Of a stretch of 64,000 bases of DNA, positions 49,392-59,578 are shown in pieces. Position 1 is the stretch's first letter; each line of letters starts with the position of its first letter. The DNA is taken from positions 124,001-188,000 of the forward strand of contig JAQGDQ010000216.1 of the NCBI GenBank assembly GCA_030141605.1, written 5' to 3'. The notes under the pieces were generated by a model. The model was not told where the DNA came from, searched no databases, and worked only from the letters and a program-made list of their open reading frames with translations. Position numbers and translations under genes: made by a program. The DNA comes from Tubiluchus corallicola (lineage: Eukaryota; Animalia; Priapulida).

Positions 49392-49507
49392 ATAACTTTT
49401 TTCTTGTCAGGAAATCCTCTCAAAGCTTTCATTTACGTAAGGGAACTGGGTCTTATCATCGAACTTTCCTTAATCTGAGTAAAGCTTTTTGTTTTGCAAA
49501 TGTATAG
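49392..49507 (-). repeat. Dispersed MITE-like element, decayed copy 16
   Basis: AAATCCTCTCAAAGCTTTCATTTAC...AACTGGGTCTTATCATCGAAC..CCTTAATCTGAG...TTTTGCAAA. Confidence 0.65.
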
Positions 49508-49650
49508 TTTTGTGAAGGTGTAAGGATCTGGTTTTCATCTTATACCAAGGCCTGTTTTCATTTTATCTTTTACAGTCTAAAAAAGGAGAGAAGTTACCGT
49601 TAATACGGTAGTTCTTTTTTACTCACAGATTTTTTATCTGAATATTGCAT

Positions 49651-50775
49651 TTATAGGCGTATAAGCTTGGCTACTTTCAAAGCAATGTCGGTGAAAATTA
49701 TTTTGGCATTTCCATTCATATAGATATCGCGATATGCCTGTTCAAAATTGTTAAAAAGGGCTAATACATTACGCTCATTGATGAATGGTGAAAATTTTTT
49801 GGAAAATAGGCGCTCCCGATTATCAAGATATACTAGGTCTGACTCTTTTAGGTTGAATAGGAAATTTTCCCGTAAGTACTTGCTACAATATTCAAGTAGG
49901 CTTTTCTGTCTTACTCTCCCAATAGAGGCAATTTCATCTCCCCATTTCACTAATCCCTCTATATCGCGAGAGTAGCCCATTCTCATCATAGATATAAATT
50001 TTTCATGGTTGTACTGCTTTGCTTCGTCTTTCCTCAATATTTTCAAAGCGTATTGATAGTTCCCATGTGATAATTTTGCTACAGCTGAAGGATCATTACT
50101 ACCTATTGCAGGGTGCGATGCGAGGGCAGCTTCAATTTCTGTATCGCTTATTCGTGGAACCATGACTTGCTGGCATCTTGAACGTATTGTTTTGATAACC
50201 TCTTCCTCTTTTTCGGATACCAATAAAAAAGCGGTGTTCTCAGAGGGCTCCTCGAGAGTTTTAAGTATTTTATTTGCACATCCCTGGTTCATAAATTCTG
50301 GCATCCAAATAATTACTACTTTAAATCTACCTTCAAATGCTTTTCTGCTCAATTTGTGGATAATATCTTTCCCCTCAAATACATAAATTACACCTTGCTT
50401 GTTATCATTGTCGATATATTTCATCCACTCTTCATATGAAGGGTAATTGTTTTCCAGAAAAAAGGAACGCCACTTGTCTATGTAATCGGTACTTTTTGGC
50501 TCTTTATATTTATCTGTTTTTATGACGGGATATATAAAGTGAAGGTCAGGATGGATCAATTTTTCATACTTCCGACATGAGCTACATTTACCACACGAAT
50601 CATCTTCTTTTTTATCAAGACAGTTTATGTACTGTCCAAAAGCCAGTGATAGCGCAAGTTTACCGCTTCCTGTGGGGCCTGTCAGTATTTGTGCATGTGG
50701 AATTTTCTCCTCTTTGGCTTTTTTAATAAGCTGCCTTTTTATATCATCTTGCCCTATTACCCTTTTAAACTGCAT
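49651..50775 (-). CDS. holB: DNA polymerase III subunit delta'
   Basis: GPTGSGKL, C..C.SC zinc module, HPDLHF, NKILKTLEEP, TIRSRCQ. Confidence 0.92.
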   Translation of the reverse strand: MQFKRVIGQDDIKRQLIKKAKEEKIPHAQILTGPTGSGKLALSLAFGQYINCLDKKEDDSCGKCSSCRKYEKLIHPDLHFIYPVIKTDKYKEPKSTDYIDKWRSFFLENNYPSYEEWMKYIDNDNKQGVIYVFEGKDIIHKLSRKAFEGRFKVVIIWMPEFMNQGCANKILKTLEEPSENTAFLLVSEKEEEVIKTIRSRCQQVMVPRISDTEIEAALASHPAIGSNDPSAVAKLSHGNYQYALKILRKDEAKQYNHEKFISMMRMGYSRDIEGLVKWGDEIASIGRVRQKSLLEYCSKYLRENFLFNLKESDLVYLDNRERLFSKKFSPFINERNVLALFNNFEQAYRDIYMNGNAKIIFTDIALKVAKLIRL

Positions 50776-51015
50776 ATATTTTGGTAATATTCTTATTATT
50801 TCAGGTATTCTTCAATATCTTTAAAAATTACTATGTCTGTTTTTAAGTCCGAGAAATAATGAGATTATGTTGCTTTACCTGCTAAGTTTTTACAGAGCTT
50901 GTAAAGATTGTCTCATTTGACCGGATAGATTCACACCGGATTTTATCCAAGTGAATATAGAGTTGCGCAAATTACGGCCCAAGTTAACACTTTGCCAGGA
51001 CTTTTTTGAAAATTA

Positions 51016-51055
51016 TGAGGCCCTTGTAAAATTTATCTTTTTATTAATCATTTTG
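51016..51055 (-). repeat. MITE-like element end fragment, copy 17
   Basis: TGAGGCCCTTGTAAAATTTATCTTTTTATTAATCATTTTG is one terminus only. Confidence 0.6.
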
Positions 51056-51272
51056 TGCTAAGTGGAGTAAGGCAGCAGAAAAAAGAGGGGTGATTTTTTT
51101 GATTATTTTGGGTAATTGGCATCTAAATGTGCAGTTTTATATAATTTTAATACTCCAAAGCGGTGTTTATTTGATTAATTTCACGAATAACACCCAGATA
51201 GTTGAAAAAGCTGTTGGCAGGATCTTTCACAACTTCCCCGCAGCATAAATAGAGTGAGCATAAACAGATAGG

Positions 51273-52013
51273 ATGACCATTGACAAAACTAATATTAGCA
51301 TCTTCAATAACAGTGTTCGCATAGCTCTTTTTGCTTTCATTATCTCCCTTTTTACCTTGACATCTTTTTCGCAAGATACACGTTATCGCTTTTCGTACCT
51401 TAACAATTTTAATCTGGATTCTAATTGGCGTATTACCTCATCTGTCGACCTCTTTACGTCAACAATGTTAGGGAACTGGACAAAGGTAGAGCTACGCTCA
51501 GACGGGCACTATACACTGAGTCGTGATGTGGAGCTTCATGCGGCACTCAGGACAAATTACACATGGGCCGGAAGTTCTGGTAATCAGCTTGAGGTTAGGC
51601 CATATCAGGGAATTACCGTTACATGGCCAAGGATAGAGTGCATAGGTGTAAAAAATAGAGTTATAGCAGAGGAACGTTTTATTTGGAACCCTGATGACGA
51701 TGATCACTGGAGTACAAGTGTCAGGCTAAGATATCGTATAAGCAGTAAAATACCGCTCGCTAATTTTTCTGGTACTGGTGGTGATTTATATTTGAGGCCA
51801 AGGCTGGAGCTTTTTGTCAACATGAAAGATCCTGAAACGGGTAGTCGAATTGCCAACAGTTATACAATGGGTGCGGGATACATCTTTTCACAAAGTCGCT
51901 CTGTGGAGTTCAGGTATGAACTTTACACTGTGAGAGATGCTTTAACTCCTTCGGGGGTAGTAAATTTTCACACTTTTTGGCTGCTATTTTCTCGCACTAT
52001 ATTTAAGAGTTAG
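51273..52013 (+). CDS. DUF2490-like outer-membrane beta-barrel protein
   Basis: Signal peptide; EVRPYQG, R...EERF, RLRYR motifs. Confidence 0.75.
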   Translation: MTIDKTNISIFNNSVRIALFAFIISLFTLTSFSQDTRYRFSYLNNFNLDSNWRITSSVDLFTSTMLGNWTKVELRSDGHYTLSRDVELHAALRTNYTWAGSSGNQLEVRPYQGITVTWPRIECIGVKNRVIAEERFIWNPDDDDHWSTSVRLRYRISSKIPLANFSGTGGDLYLRPRLELFVNMKDPETGSRIANSYTMGAGYIFSQSRSVEFRYELYTVRDALTPSGVVNFHTFWLLFSRTIFKS

Positions 52014-52170
52014 AATTGATCTGCCAAAGACTTTTAGTATTGTGGTTGTAAAAGCGTACACCTTGCAAATACTTCACTGTTCAAGTGTATGGGGTCAGTG
52101 AAGGCTTATGGGTGAAGGCAAAAAGAACTATTTTTTATCTTTGCGGAAAGCATTAAAAAAGGAGTCTATT

Positions 52171-53580
52171 TTGGCAAGAAAGAAAAAGCAACTACCTTTT
52201 TATGAAAGGGCTGTAATATCTGATGTGGGGGCTGAGGGGAAGGCAATTTCAAAGGTGGATGGTGTAACTGTTTTTACTACGCATGTGGTGCCAGGCGATG
52301 TTGTTGATTTGCAGGTTGTGAAAAAGAGGAAGAGGTATCAGGAGGCTAGGGTTGTGAAAATTCATGAGTTTTCGGCTGATAGGGAAGAGGCTTTTTGCGA
52401 GCATTTTGGAGTGTGTGGAGGGTGCAAGTGGCAGTACCTTAGATATGATAATCAGTTATATTATAAACAAAAGCAGGTGTCCAATCAGTTGTTGAGAATT
52501 GGTAAGATTGATATTCCGGAATTAATGCCAATAATAGGTTCTAAAGACAGGATTTTTTATCGAAATAAACTGGAGTTTTCTTTTTCCAATAAACGTTGGC
52601 TTACTTTTGAAGAGATTGAGTCGGGGCAAGATTATGGTAATATGAATTCGCTTGGGTTCCACGTTCCTGGTAGGTTTGACAAGATAATAGATATTAAAAA
52701 GTGCTGGTTGCAGCCGGATCCATCTAACGAAATAAGAAACACGATCAGGGAGTTTACCTTGCAAAACGGGTTGGATTTTTTTGATTTTAGGATGCAGGAG
52801 GGATTCCTTCGTAATGTGATAATCCGTACAACGTTAACAGGAGAGGTAATGGTTATCCTCTCATTTTTTGAAGAGCAAAAGGATAATCGTGAAGCATTGC
52901 TTAACCATTTGTCTCAAAGATTTCCTGAAATAACATCGTTGCAGTATGTGATAAATTATAAAGCAAATGATACAATAGCCGATCTTGAAACGGTTGTGTA
53001 TAAAGGCGCAAGCTATATTACCGAAGAGATAGAAGGGTTGAAATTCAGGATTGGCCCTAAGTCTTTTTTTCAGACAAATACAACACAGACCATTAATCTT
53101 TACAGGCTTATACGTGATTTTGCGGAGTTGACAGGGGAAGAGGTGGTTTATGACCTGTACACGGGAACGGGAACGATAGCGAACTTTGTGGCAGGTCGGG
53201 CAAGAAGAGTGGTTGGAATAGAGTATGTGCCTGATGCTGTTGAGGATGCTAAAATTAACTCTGCCAATAATGGTATTAGTAATACTACTTTCTATGCAGG
53301 AGATATGAAAGATATTTTATCTGACGATTTTATTGCCGGCCACGGGCATCCGGATGTGATAATTACTGATCCTCCACGCGCAGGTATGCATAGTAATGTG
53401 ATAAAGGCCATAGTGAAAGCGGCTCCGCAACGAGTTGTATACATTAGCTGTAATCCGGCCACTCAGGCGCGTGACCTTGGTTTGATGAACGAACAGTACA
53501 GAGTTGATCGTGTGCAACCTGTAGATATGTTCCCCCACACACATCATGTAGAGAATGTGGTGCTACTTACAAAAAGATAG
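52171..53580 (+). CDS. rlmD: 23S rRNA (uracil-1939-C5)-methyltransferase
   Basis: TRAM domain, CEHFGVCGGC, FFQTN, DLYTGTG, DPPRAG, YISCNP, DMFPHTHHVE; TTG start at 52171 follows a TATCTTTG promoter (52136-52143). Confidence 0.95.
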   Translation: MARKKKQLPFYERAVISDVGAEGKAISKVDGVTVFTTHVVPGDVVDLQVVKKRKRYQEARVVKIHEFSADREEAFCEHFGVCGGCKWQYLRYDNQLYYKQKQVSNQLLRIGKIDIPELMPIIGSKDRIFYRNKLEFSFSNKRWLTFEEIESGQDYGNMNSLGFHVPGRFDKIIDIKKCWLQPDPSNEIRNTIREFTLQNGLDFFDFRMQEGFLRNVIIRTTLTGEVMVILSFFEEQKDNREALLNHLSQRFPEITSLQYVINYKANDTIADLETVVYKGASYITEEIEGLKFRIGPKSFFQTNTTQTINLYRLIRDFAELTGEEVVYDLYTGTGTIANFVAGRARRVVGIEYVPDAVEDAKINSANNGISNTTFYAGDMKDILSDDFIAGHGHPDVIITDPPRAGMHSNVIKAIVKAAPQRVVYISCNPATQARDLGLMNEQYRVDRVQPVDMFPHTHHVENVVLLTKR

Positions 53581-53750
53581 TTTTTTAAGGTAGTTAGTTA
53601 CATTTACAATTTAGCGTACAAAAAATACTGATACATATTTCTAATATCAATATTTTTGAATAATTTTAACAAAAATGTCGCTCTTACTACTGAGTGGCGT
53701 AGTTTGTTAGTTGTTAGTGGTAAAAAAATAGATTATATAGCGTAAGTACT

Positions 53751-54671
53751 ATGGACAAAGTATTAGTTGCAACGGAAAAACCGTTTACAGCAAGTGTAGT
53801 TGAGAAGATCAGAATAATTTTTGAGAATGCGGGTTTTGAATTGGTGCTTTTAGAAAAATATTCAGACAGTATGGCGCTTATTGACGCAGTGAAGGATGTT
53901 GTGGCTCTGATTGTACGAAGCGATAAGTGTAACAGGAGTGTACTGGAAGCTGCTTCCAGATTGAAAGTTGTGGTAAGGGCAGGTTCCGGATACGATAACG
54001 TTGATTTGCAGGCTGCGACAGAGATGGGGATATCTGTTATGAATACTCCCGGACAAAACTCCAATGCGGTTGCTGAACTGACAATGGGCATGTTGCTTTA
54101 TTTTGCTCGTAGCCGTTTTGGTGGAAGTGCGGGGTTTGAGTTGAGAGGTAAGAGTCTCGGGATACATGGGTATGGAAACATCGGAAAAAACATTGCCCGC
54201 ATAGCGAAAGGGTTTGATATGACGGTAACGGGGTTTAGCCGTTCTCTAACTCATGAAAAGGCTGCTAAAGATGGAATAGCCTCCGCTGTTGATTTAAGCG
54301 AGCTATATAAAAAAAATAGCGTTATATCGTTAAGCCTTCCCCGAAATGAAAAAACGGAAAATAGTGTTGACTATGAGTTAATGTCTTCAATGCCACCCAA
54401 TTCAGTGCTTGTAAATAATGCCAGAAAAGAGATTGTTGATGAGAGCGCACTGAGAAAGGTGCTGAGTGAGAGAGACGATTTTGCATACCTGGCAGATGCA
54501 GCTTCTTCCAATCGCGATGAGTTGGAGTCTCTTTTCCCTGAAAGAGTACTGTTTACACCGAAGAAGATAGGAGCACAGACAGCAGAGGCTAATGAGAATG
54601 CTGGTAGAGCAGCGGCGGAGCAGGTTATTAATTACCTGCTGAAGGGGGATGTTACATTTCAGGTAAATTAA
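53751..54671 (+). CDS. serA: D-3-phosphoglycerate dehydrogenase (short Bacteroidota type)
   Basis: KVLVATEKPF, RAGSGYDNVD, NTPGQNSNAVAE, GIHGYGNIG, GAQTAEAN; next to DUF1015. Confidence 0.82.
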   Translation: MDKVLVATEKPFTASVVEKIRIIFENAGFELVLLEKYSDSMALIDAVKDVVALIVRSDKCNRSVLEAASRLKVVVRAGSGYDNVDLQAATEMGISVMNTPGQNSNAVAELTMGMLLYFARSRFGGSAGFELRGKSLGIHGYGNIGKNIARIAKGFDMTVTGFSRSLTHEKAAKDGIASAVDLSELYKKNSVISLSLPRNEKTENSVDYELMSSMPPNSVLVNNARKEIVDESALRKVLSERDDFAYLADAASSNRDELESLFPERVLFTPKKIGAQTAEANENAGRAAAEQVINYLLKGDVTFQVN

Positions 54672-54807
54672 AGGCCTGTATGCTTGTAAGGTAGTTGTAT
54701 ATTTATGGGTAGAACTTAACTTTATATTATTTTGATAATTGTACATGCTTTTAAAGGAGCTGTAATTTTTTACACATATAATCATATAAAAATATATTTA
54801 TAGCGCT

Positions 54808-56058
54808 ATGGTAGTATTGAAACCATTCAAGGGAGTTCGCCCCACAGATGGGCTAGTCCAGAAAGTAGCTTCACCTCCCTATGATGTCTTAAGTTCGGAA
54901 GAGGCGCGGGAGAAAGTTAAAGGGAATCCTTACTCTCTCTTACGTATTATCAAGCCAGAGGTAGATTTTCCATCTGGCACTGATGAGCACTCAAAACAGG
55001 TTTATGAGAAGGCTGTTGAAAACTACAGGATGTTTAAAGATAATGGGTGGATTGTCAAAGAGGAGAGAGAGTGTTTTTACATCTATGCGCAAACGATGGA
55101 TGGGAGAACGCAGTATGGTATTGTAGGTTGCGCAGGCGTGGACGATTATCTTAATGACAGGATTAAAAAACATGAATTGACGCGGAATGATAAAGAGGCG
55201 GATAGGATGAAACATGTTCGCAATACGAATGCTAATATAGAACCTGTTTTTTTATCCTACTCGGCGGTGAAGGAGCTGGATGAGCTAGTAAGCAGTGTGG
55301 TTTCAGGTAATAAGCCTGTTTACGATTTTGTAGCTGATGATGGCTTTGGACATAAGTTTTGGGTGGTTGATGATGATACTATGATAGGGGAGATATCGAA
55401 GTTATTTAATAAAATACCACACATATATGTTGCCGATGGTCATCATCGAACTGCAGCCGCCGCATTGGTTGGGGAAGAGAGAAGAAGTGGCAATGACAGA
55501 CATACCGGAGATGAACGGTATAATTTTTTCCTTGCGGTGCTTTTCCCCGATAATCAGTTACAGATCATAGATTATAATAGGGTGGTCAAGGATCTTAATG
55601 GAATGTCAGAGCAGGCATTTTTGACTAAGCTTAAAGAGAACTTCCTGATAGAAAAAACGAGTAAGGAAGCATGTAAACCGGATAGTTTACATACGTTTGG
55701 AATGTATCTGGGGGGTAACTGGTATAAGCTTGTTGTAAAAAGTGGAAGATATAACGATGATGATCCTATAGGCTCACTTGATGTAACAATTCTTTCTAAT
55801 CTTATTTTAGATAAGCTTCTGGGAATTAGAAATCTTCGTACGGATAAAAGAGTTGATTTTATTGGTGGTATTCGCGGCTTGGGTGAGCTGGAGAGGAGGG
55901 TAGACTCCGGAGATATGAAGGTTGCATTTGCTCTATACCCTACTTCGATGAAACAGCTTACCGATATTGCTGATTCTGGTAGTATTATGCCTCCAAAGAC
56001 AACATGGTTTGAGCCTAAGTTGCGCTCAGGGCTGATTATACACGAGCTGTCTGATTAA
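54808..56058 (+). CDS. DUF1015 family protein
   Basis: PPYDV, IKKHELTR, ADGHHR, MPPKTTWFEPKLRSGL. Confidence 0.95.
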   Translation: MVVLKPFKGVRPTDGLVQKVASPPYDVLSSEEAREKVKGNPYSLLRIIKPEVDFPSGTDEHSKQVYEKAVENYRMFKDNGWIVKEERECFYIYAQTMDGRTQYGIVGCAGVDDYLNDRIKKHELTRNDKEADRMKHVRNTNANIEPVFLSYSAVKELDELVSSVVSGNKPVYDFVADDGFGHKFWVVDDDTMIGEISKLFNKIPHIYVADGHHRTAAAALVGEERRSGNDRHTGDERYNFFLAVLFPDNQLQIIDYNRVVKDLNGMSEQAFLTKLKENFLIEKTSKEACKPDSLHTFGMYLGGNWYKLVVKSGRYNDDDPIGSLDVTILSNLILDKLLGIRNLRTDKRVDFIGGIRGLGELERRVDSGDMKVAFALYPTSMKQLTDIADSGSIMPPKTTWFEPKLRSGLIIHELSD

Positions 56059-56123
56059 TGAAGTTTTGAGTAAGCTGGATTTTGCTTATGTCCGTGCTGC
56101 TATTATTGAGCCCACCTCTTTTT

Positions 56124-56783
56124 TTAGTTAACCTTAAACAGGTATGCTAATGTTACTTTTGCTATTTGGCTTCGTGAGGCGCTATAGCGGTATACACTAT
56201 CATCGAATGTGTTGGGTAGGCTAATGGAACCACGCATTTCAAAAACGATAATACTATTATTTTTGAGATGTGCTTCAGCACCAAGTCCTGCTGTAAATTG
56301 AATATCGGTTTTTGCATCAACAGGCTCTCCGTAATACTCTTTTACCCACTCTTCATCGGGAGTTTCTGTAGTGTATGTAAAGGTTTCATTTTCAGATAGC
56401 AGAAATGAGATAGAGGGGCCAATATTGAAGAAGCATTGAAAAGTTTTTTTCCCAAGAAAGCTTATGTAGGTCATCATGGGCAGTTCCAAATAATTAAGTA
56501 TTCTGGAGTAAGCAACATCAGGTGCTTCAAAACTTTCTTTCCAGCCTCGTCGTTCGTAATTTGCCTCTATCTGAATACCTATACGTGGTTCTGAAATCAT
56601 TCTAAAAACAGCCCCTCCTCCGTAGCCTATGTAAGTAGATTGATCTACGTTGGGGTAAAAGCGCATTTTTGAGAACATGCTGATCCCTTTTGCGCCGATA
56701 TAAATATTTTTTTCAAACCCATCCTGAGCAAGAGCAGTGCTTGCTATTGTTACGAGGATAAGAAAAAGCTTAATCTTTCTCAT
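56124..56783 (-). CDS. Porin-family outer-membrane beta-barrel protein (OMP_b-brl_2/PorT-like)
   Basis: Signal peptide MRKIKLF...LAQ; Q.E.NY..RGW, Y.R.LNYLELP, GPSISFLL. Confidence 0.8.
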   Translation of the reverse strand: MRKIKLFLILVTIASTALAQDGFEKNIYIGAKGISMFSKMRFYPNVDQSTYIGYGGGAVFRMISEPRIGIQIEANYERRGWKESFEAPDVAYSRILNYLELPMMTYISFLGKKTFQCFFNIGPSISFLLSENETFTYTTETPDEEWVKEYYGEPVDAKTDIQFTAGLGAEAHLKNNSIIVFEMRGSISLPNTFDDSVYRYSASRSQIAKVTLAYLFKVN

Positions 56784-56893
56784 TTTATTTTGAGATATAA
56801 ATTTAAACCCATTGGTTGACATGAGTGAAAAGTAATTTTTTTGCTGTGCAGCAAAGTTACCAAAAAAATGAGATGAGCACTGTGCTGGCAGGT

Positions 56894-57005
56894 TGAGACT
56901 TTTATAAGATTTACTTTTCTATTACCTTCTTCATATACCTATAAACTTAATTTTAATTGTCAAATGTGATTTGCCATAAGTAGCTTTTCTTCGGCAAAGG
57001 TCTTA
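56894..57005 (-). repeat. Dispersed MITE-like element, decayed copy 18
   Basis: TGAGACTTTTATAAGA...TTCGGCAAAGGTCTTA ends; interior eroded. Confidence 0.55.
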
Positions 57006-57085
57006 AATAATAGTAATTTGCCAGGGGTTTAAGCAAAAAAAAGACTATCATCGGCCTTTTTCTTTAAATTTGAGCAAATTTTTAT

Positions 57086-57754
57086 ATGACTATTGCCAAT
57101 AATATAGCGAGAGTGTTGCGTTCTGTTCCAAGGCGAATAACTTTGGTGGCAGTTTCAAAGAGGCAGCCCGTTGCTTCTATTCTTCAGGCTTATGAAGCTG
57201 GGCACAGGATTTTTGGGGAGAACAAAGTTCAGGAGCTGGTGAGTAAGCGAGAGGGGTTGCCTGATGATATCTCGTGGCATTTTGTAGGGCACTTACAGTC
57301 GAACAAGGTAAAGTATATTGCTCCATTTATTAGTCTTATTCACTCAGTAGACAGCCTTAAGTTACTGAAGGTGATAAATAGAGAGGGTAAGAAAAATGGG
57401 AGGCAGATACCTTGTTTGCTACAGTTTCATGTAGCTGAGGAAGAGAATAAGTTTGGGATGTCTATCAAGGAAGCTGAGGATATGTTATCTTCTTGCGAGT
57501 ATAAAAGGATGCAAAATGTATTGATTGCTGGTGTGATGGGGATGTCTACACATACGGATAAGCTGGAGCAGATACAGCATGAGTTTGCAGTTTTGAAAGG
57601 CTATTATGACTACCTGAAAGCAATTTTTTTTGCAAACGATAATGTTTTTGCAGAGGTGTCGATGGGTATGTCGGGAGACTATTCTGTTGCACTTGAAGAG
57701 GGTAGCACCATGATACGACTTGGAAGTGTAATTTTTGGGAGCAGGAGTTACTAG
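57086..57754 (+). CDS. yggS: YggS-family PLP homeostasis protein
   Basis: LVAVSK, FGENKVQE, WHFVGHLQSNK, SMGMSGDY, GSTMIRLGS.IFG.R. Confidence 0.95.
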   Translation: MTIANNIARVLRSVPRRITLVAVSKRQPVASILQAYEAGHRIFGENKVQELVSKREGLPDDISWHFVGHLQSNKVKYIAPFISLIHSVDSLKLLKVINREGKKNGRQIPCLLQFHVAEEENKFGMSIKEAEDMLSSCEYKRMQNVLIAGVMGMSTHTDKLEQIQHEFAVLKGYYDYLKAIFFANDNVFAEVSMGMSGDYSVALEEGSTMIRLGSVIFGSRSY

Positions 57755-57821
57755 CGGTACTATTTTAAAGCCGAATGAGATGGATTCTGTTGGTTAATAT
57801 GCGTATATTAAGAGCTATAAT

Positions 57822-57939
57822 TAAGGCCCAGGTTGGGGCGGGGAGAGTTTAGGTAAAAAGTTGTAGCTTGCTGGTGCAAGTGAGGGCTTTGAAGGGGAGT
57901 TTTGGCGAAAAATATTAACAAATGGAGCTTCAAACCCTG
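57822..57939 (+). repeat. Dispersed palindromic MITE-like element, copy 19
   Basis: GTAG-CTTGC-TGGT-GCAAG-TGAGGGCTTTGAAGGGGAGTTTTGGCGAAAAATATTAACAAA; termini decayed. Confidence 0.75.
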
Positions 57940-57988
57940 TTTTTAATAACAAGTAGAGGTTTCAGGTTTTAAAAGCTAAAAGATACTT

Positions 57989-59257
57989 ATGTTTATTTTA
58001 TACCATTTTTTAAAAGAGCTATTATTAGGTATTGGGTTTTCTGATAAACTGGCAGTATGGAGTTCTACACTGTTAACACTACTTGCCATAATGTTATTGT
58101 CAATTGTTGCCAACCTGATAGTTAAAAGTGTGATAAAGAAGATTTTTAGGCCCATTGCTGAACGCACCCGTACAGAATGGGATCGTATTCTATTTAAGAA
58201 TAATACTTTTAATGGTTTAGCGCATTTTGTGCCGGCAATGATTATCTATTCTGCTGCTGGGTTTGCAGCTAGTGATGTTCCCCAACTTCCTAGTATTCTG
58301 AAGAAGGTGGCGTATGTGTATGCAACATTGATAATAGTGAGTACAGCAGTAAGGCTTCTTAGCTCCATTCACGAAATTTACAAAACCTATTCATTTTCAA
58401 AGGATCGTCCTGTAAAGGGTTATGTCCAGTCTTTAAAGATCATTGTTTATTTTGTGGGGGGAGTTTTTATTATATCGGTATTGATTGATCAAAGCCCCAA
58501 GAGCCTTTTTACAGGACTGGGAGCAATAGCCGCTGTTTTGATGCTGGTTTTTAAAGATCCGATATTGGGGTTCGTTGCAAGTGTTCAATTGGTTGCCAAT
58601 AAGATGGTAAGAACAGGCGACTGGATAAGTATGCCTAAGTATAATGCAGATGGTACTATAGAGGATATCTCGTTGACAACTGTTAAGGTTCAGAATTGGG
58701 ACAAGACGGTAACGACCATACCCACTCATGCTCTTGTAAGTGAGTCTGTTACAAATTGGAAAGGTATGGAGGAGTCTGGTGGACGTAGAATAAAACGTTC
58801 TATATCAATAGATATGAGAAGTGTTAAGTTTTGTGATAGGGAAATGCTGGACAGGTTGTCAGAGTTCAGGCTTATACGAGATTGTATTATTAATACAGAA
58901 AGAGATATAGAGGAGTTTAATAAAAAGCATGGTTTGAGCGAGAATGATGTATTGCTGGGGAGAAAGCAGACAAACTTGGGTATTTTTAGAAAGTATCTGG
59001 AGGAGTACCTACATGCCCATCCAAAGATTCATGATAATATGACCTTTCTTGTAAGGCATCTTCAGCCATCTGAGAAAGGTATACCTGTTGAAATATATGT
59101 GTTTAGCAATGATCAAGAGTGGGCAAATTACGAGTCTATCCAAGCTGATATTTTTGATCATCTGCTGGCTGTGTTGCCTCAGTTTGAGTTAAAGGTTTTT
59201 CAAAGTCCAACTGGTGATGATTTCAAAAATTTCGCTGTTATCGAAAAGCAGCTCTGA
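57989..59257 (+). CDS. Small-conductance mechanosensitive channel (YbdG/MscM-like)
   Basis: Transmembrane helices, FKDPILGFVASVQ, GDWI.MPKYNADG, VKVQNWDKT, GGRRIKRS, FQSPTG. Confidence 0.93.
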   Translation: MFILYHFLKELLLGIGFSDKLAVWSSTLLTLLAIMLLSIVANLIVKSVIKKIFRPIAERTRTEWDRILFKNNTFNGLAHFVPAMIIYSAAGFAASDVPQLPSILKKVAYVYATLIIVSTAVRLLSSIHEIYKTYSFSKDRPVKGYVQSLKIIVYFVGGVFIISVLIDQSPKSLFTGLGAIAAVLMLVFKDPILGFVASVQLVANKMVRTGDWISMPKYNADGTIEDISLTTVKVQNWDKTVTTIPTHALVSESVTNWKGMEESGGRRIKRSISIDMRSVKFCDREMLDRLSEFRLIRDCIINTERDIEEFNKKHGLSENDVLLGRKQTNLGIFRKYLEEYLHAHPKIHDNMTFLVRHLQPSEKGIPVEIYVFSNDQEWANYESIQADIFDHLLAVLPQFELKVFQSPTGDDFKNFAVIEKQL

Positions 59258-59284
59258 GGCGTCTAAGTTCAGATCGGATGGGTT

Positions 59285-59330
59285 CCTGACTTTTTGCAGC
59301 TTGGTATCAAGTTTTGTGCAAAAGTCCAGG
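59285..59330. terminator. Long imperfect stem-loop downstream of the MscS gene
   Basis: CCTGACTTTTTGCA...TGCAAAAGTCCAGG with inner CTTG-GTAT-CAAG. Confidence 0.45.
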
Positions 59331-59351
59331 GTGTTGGAGGAAAATATAAAC

Positions 59352-59490
59352 TGATATCTTTGTAAGATTTATATTTTGTATTAGCGTTTTTGCAAGAGTG
59401 TTTTTTTAATCTTGATTCGAGAGAGGGCTGAAAATTTTCATTGATTTTTTCATAGTGAATCAAGGTGTTTTTCACGTAGGAAAGATTTCA
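59352..59490 (-). repeat. Dispersed MITE-like element, decayed copy 20
   Basis: TGATATCTTTGTAAGATTTATATTTTGTATTAG...TTTTCATTGATTTTTT...GAAAGATTTCA, 139 bp. Confidence 0.6.
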
Positions 59491-59578
59491 TTAAGCGATA
59501 TAGGTTTTATCCATGCTGAAGAGCTGGGAGCAGGTAGGTCGCAGGTTTATATAGTGTTTCCCTTTTGGGTTGTGTGGT

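Noticed and set aside
52027-52076. Possible extra remnant of the repeat element (CCTTGCAAATACTTCA), similarly about 50860-50915
   Set aside because: Only terminus-like words without the core; too weak to call without a profile search.
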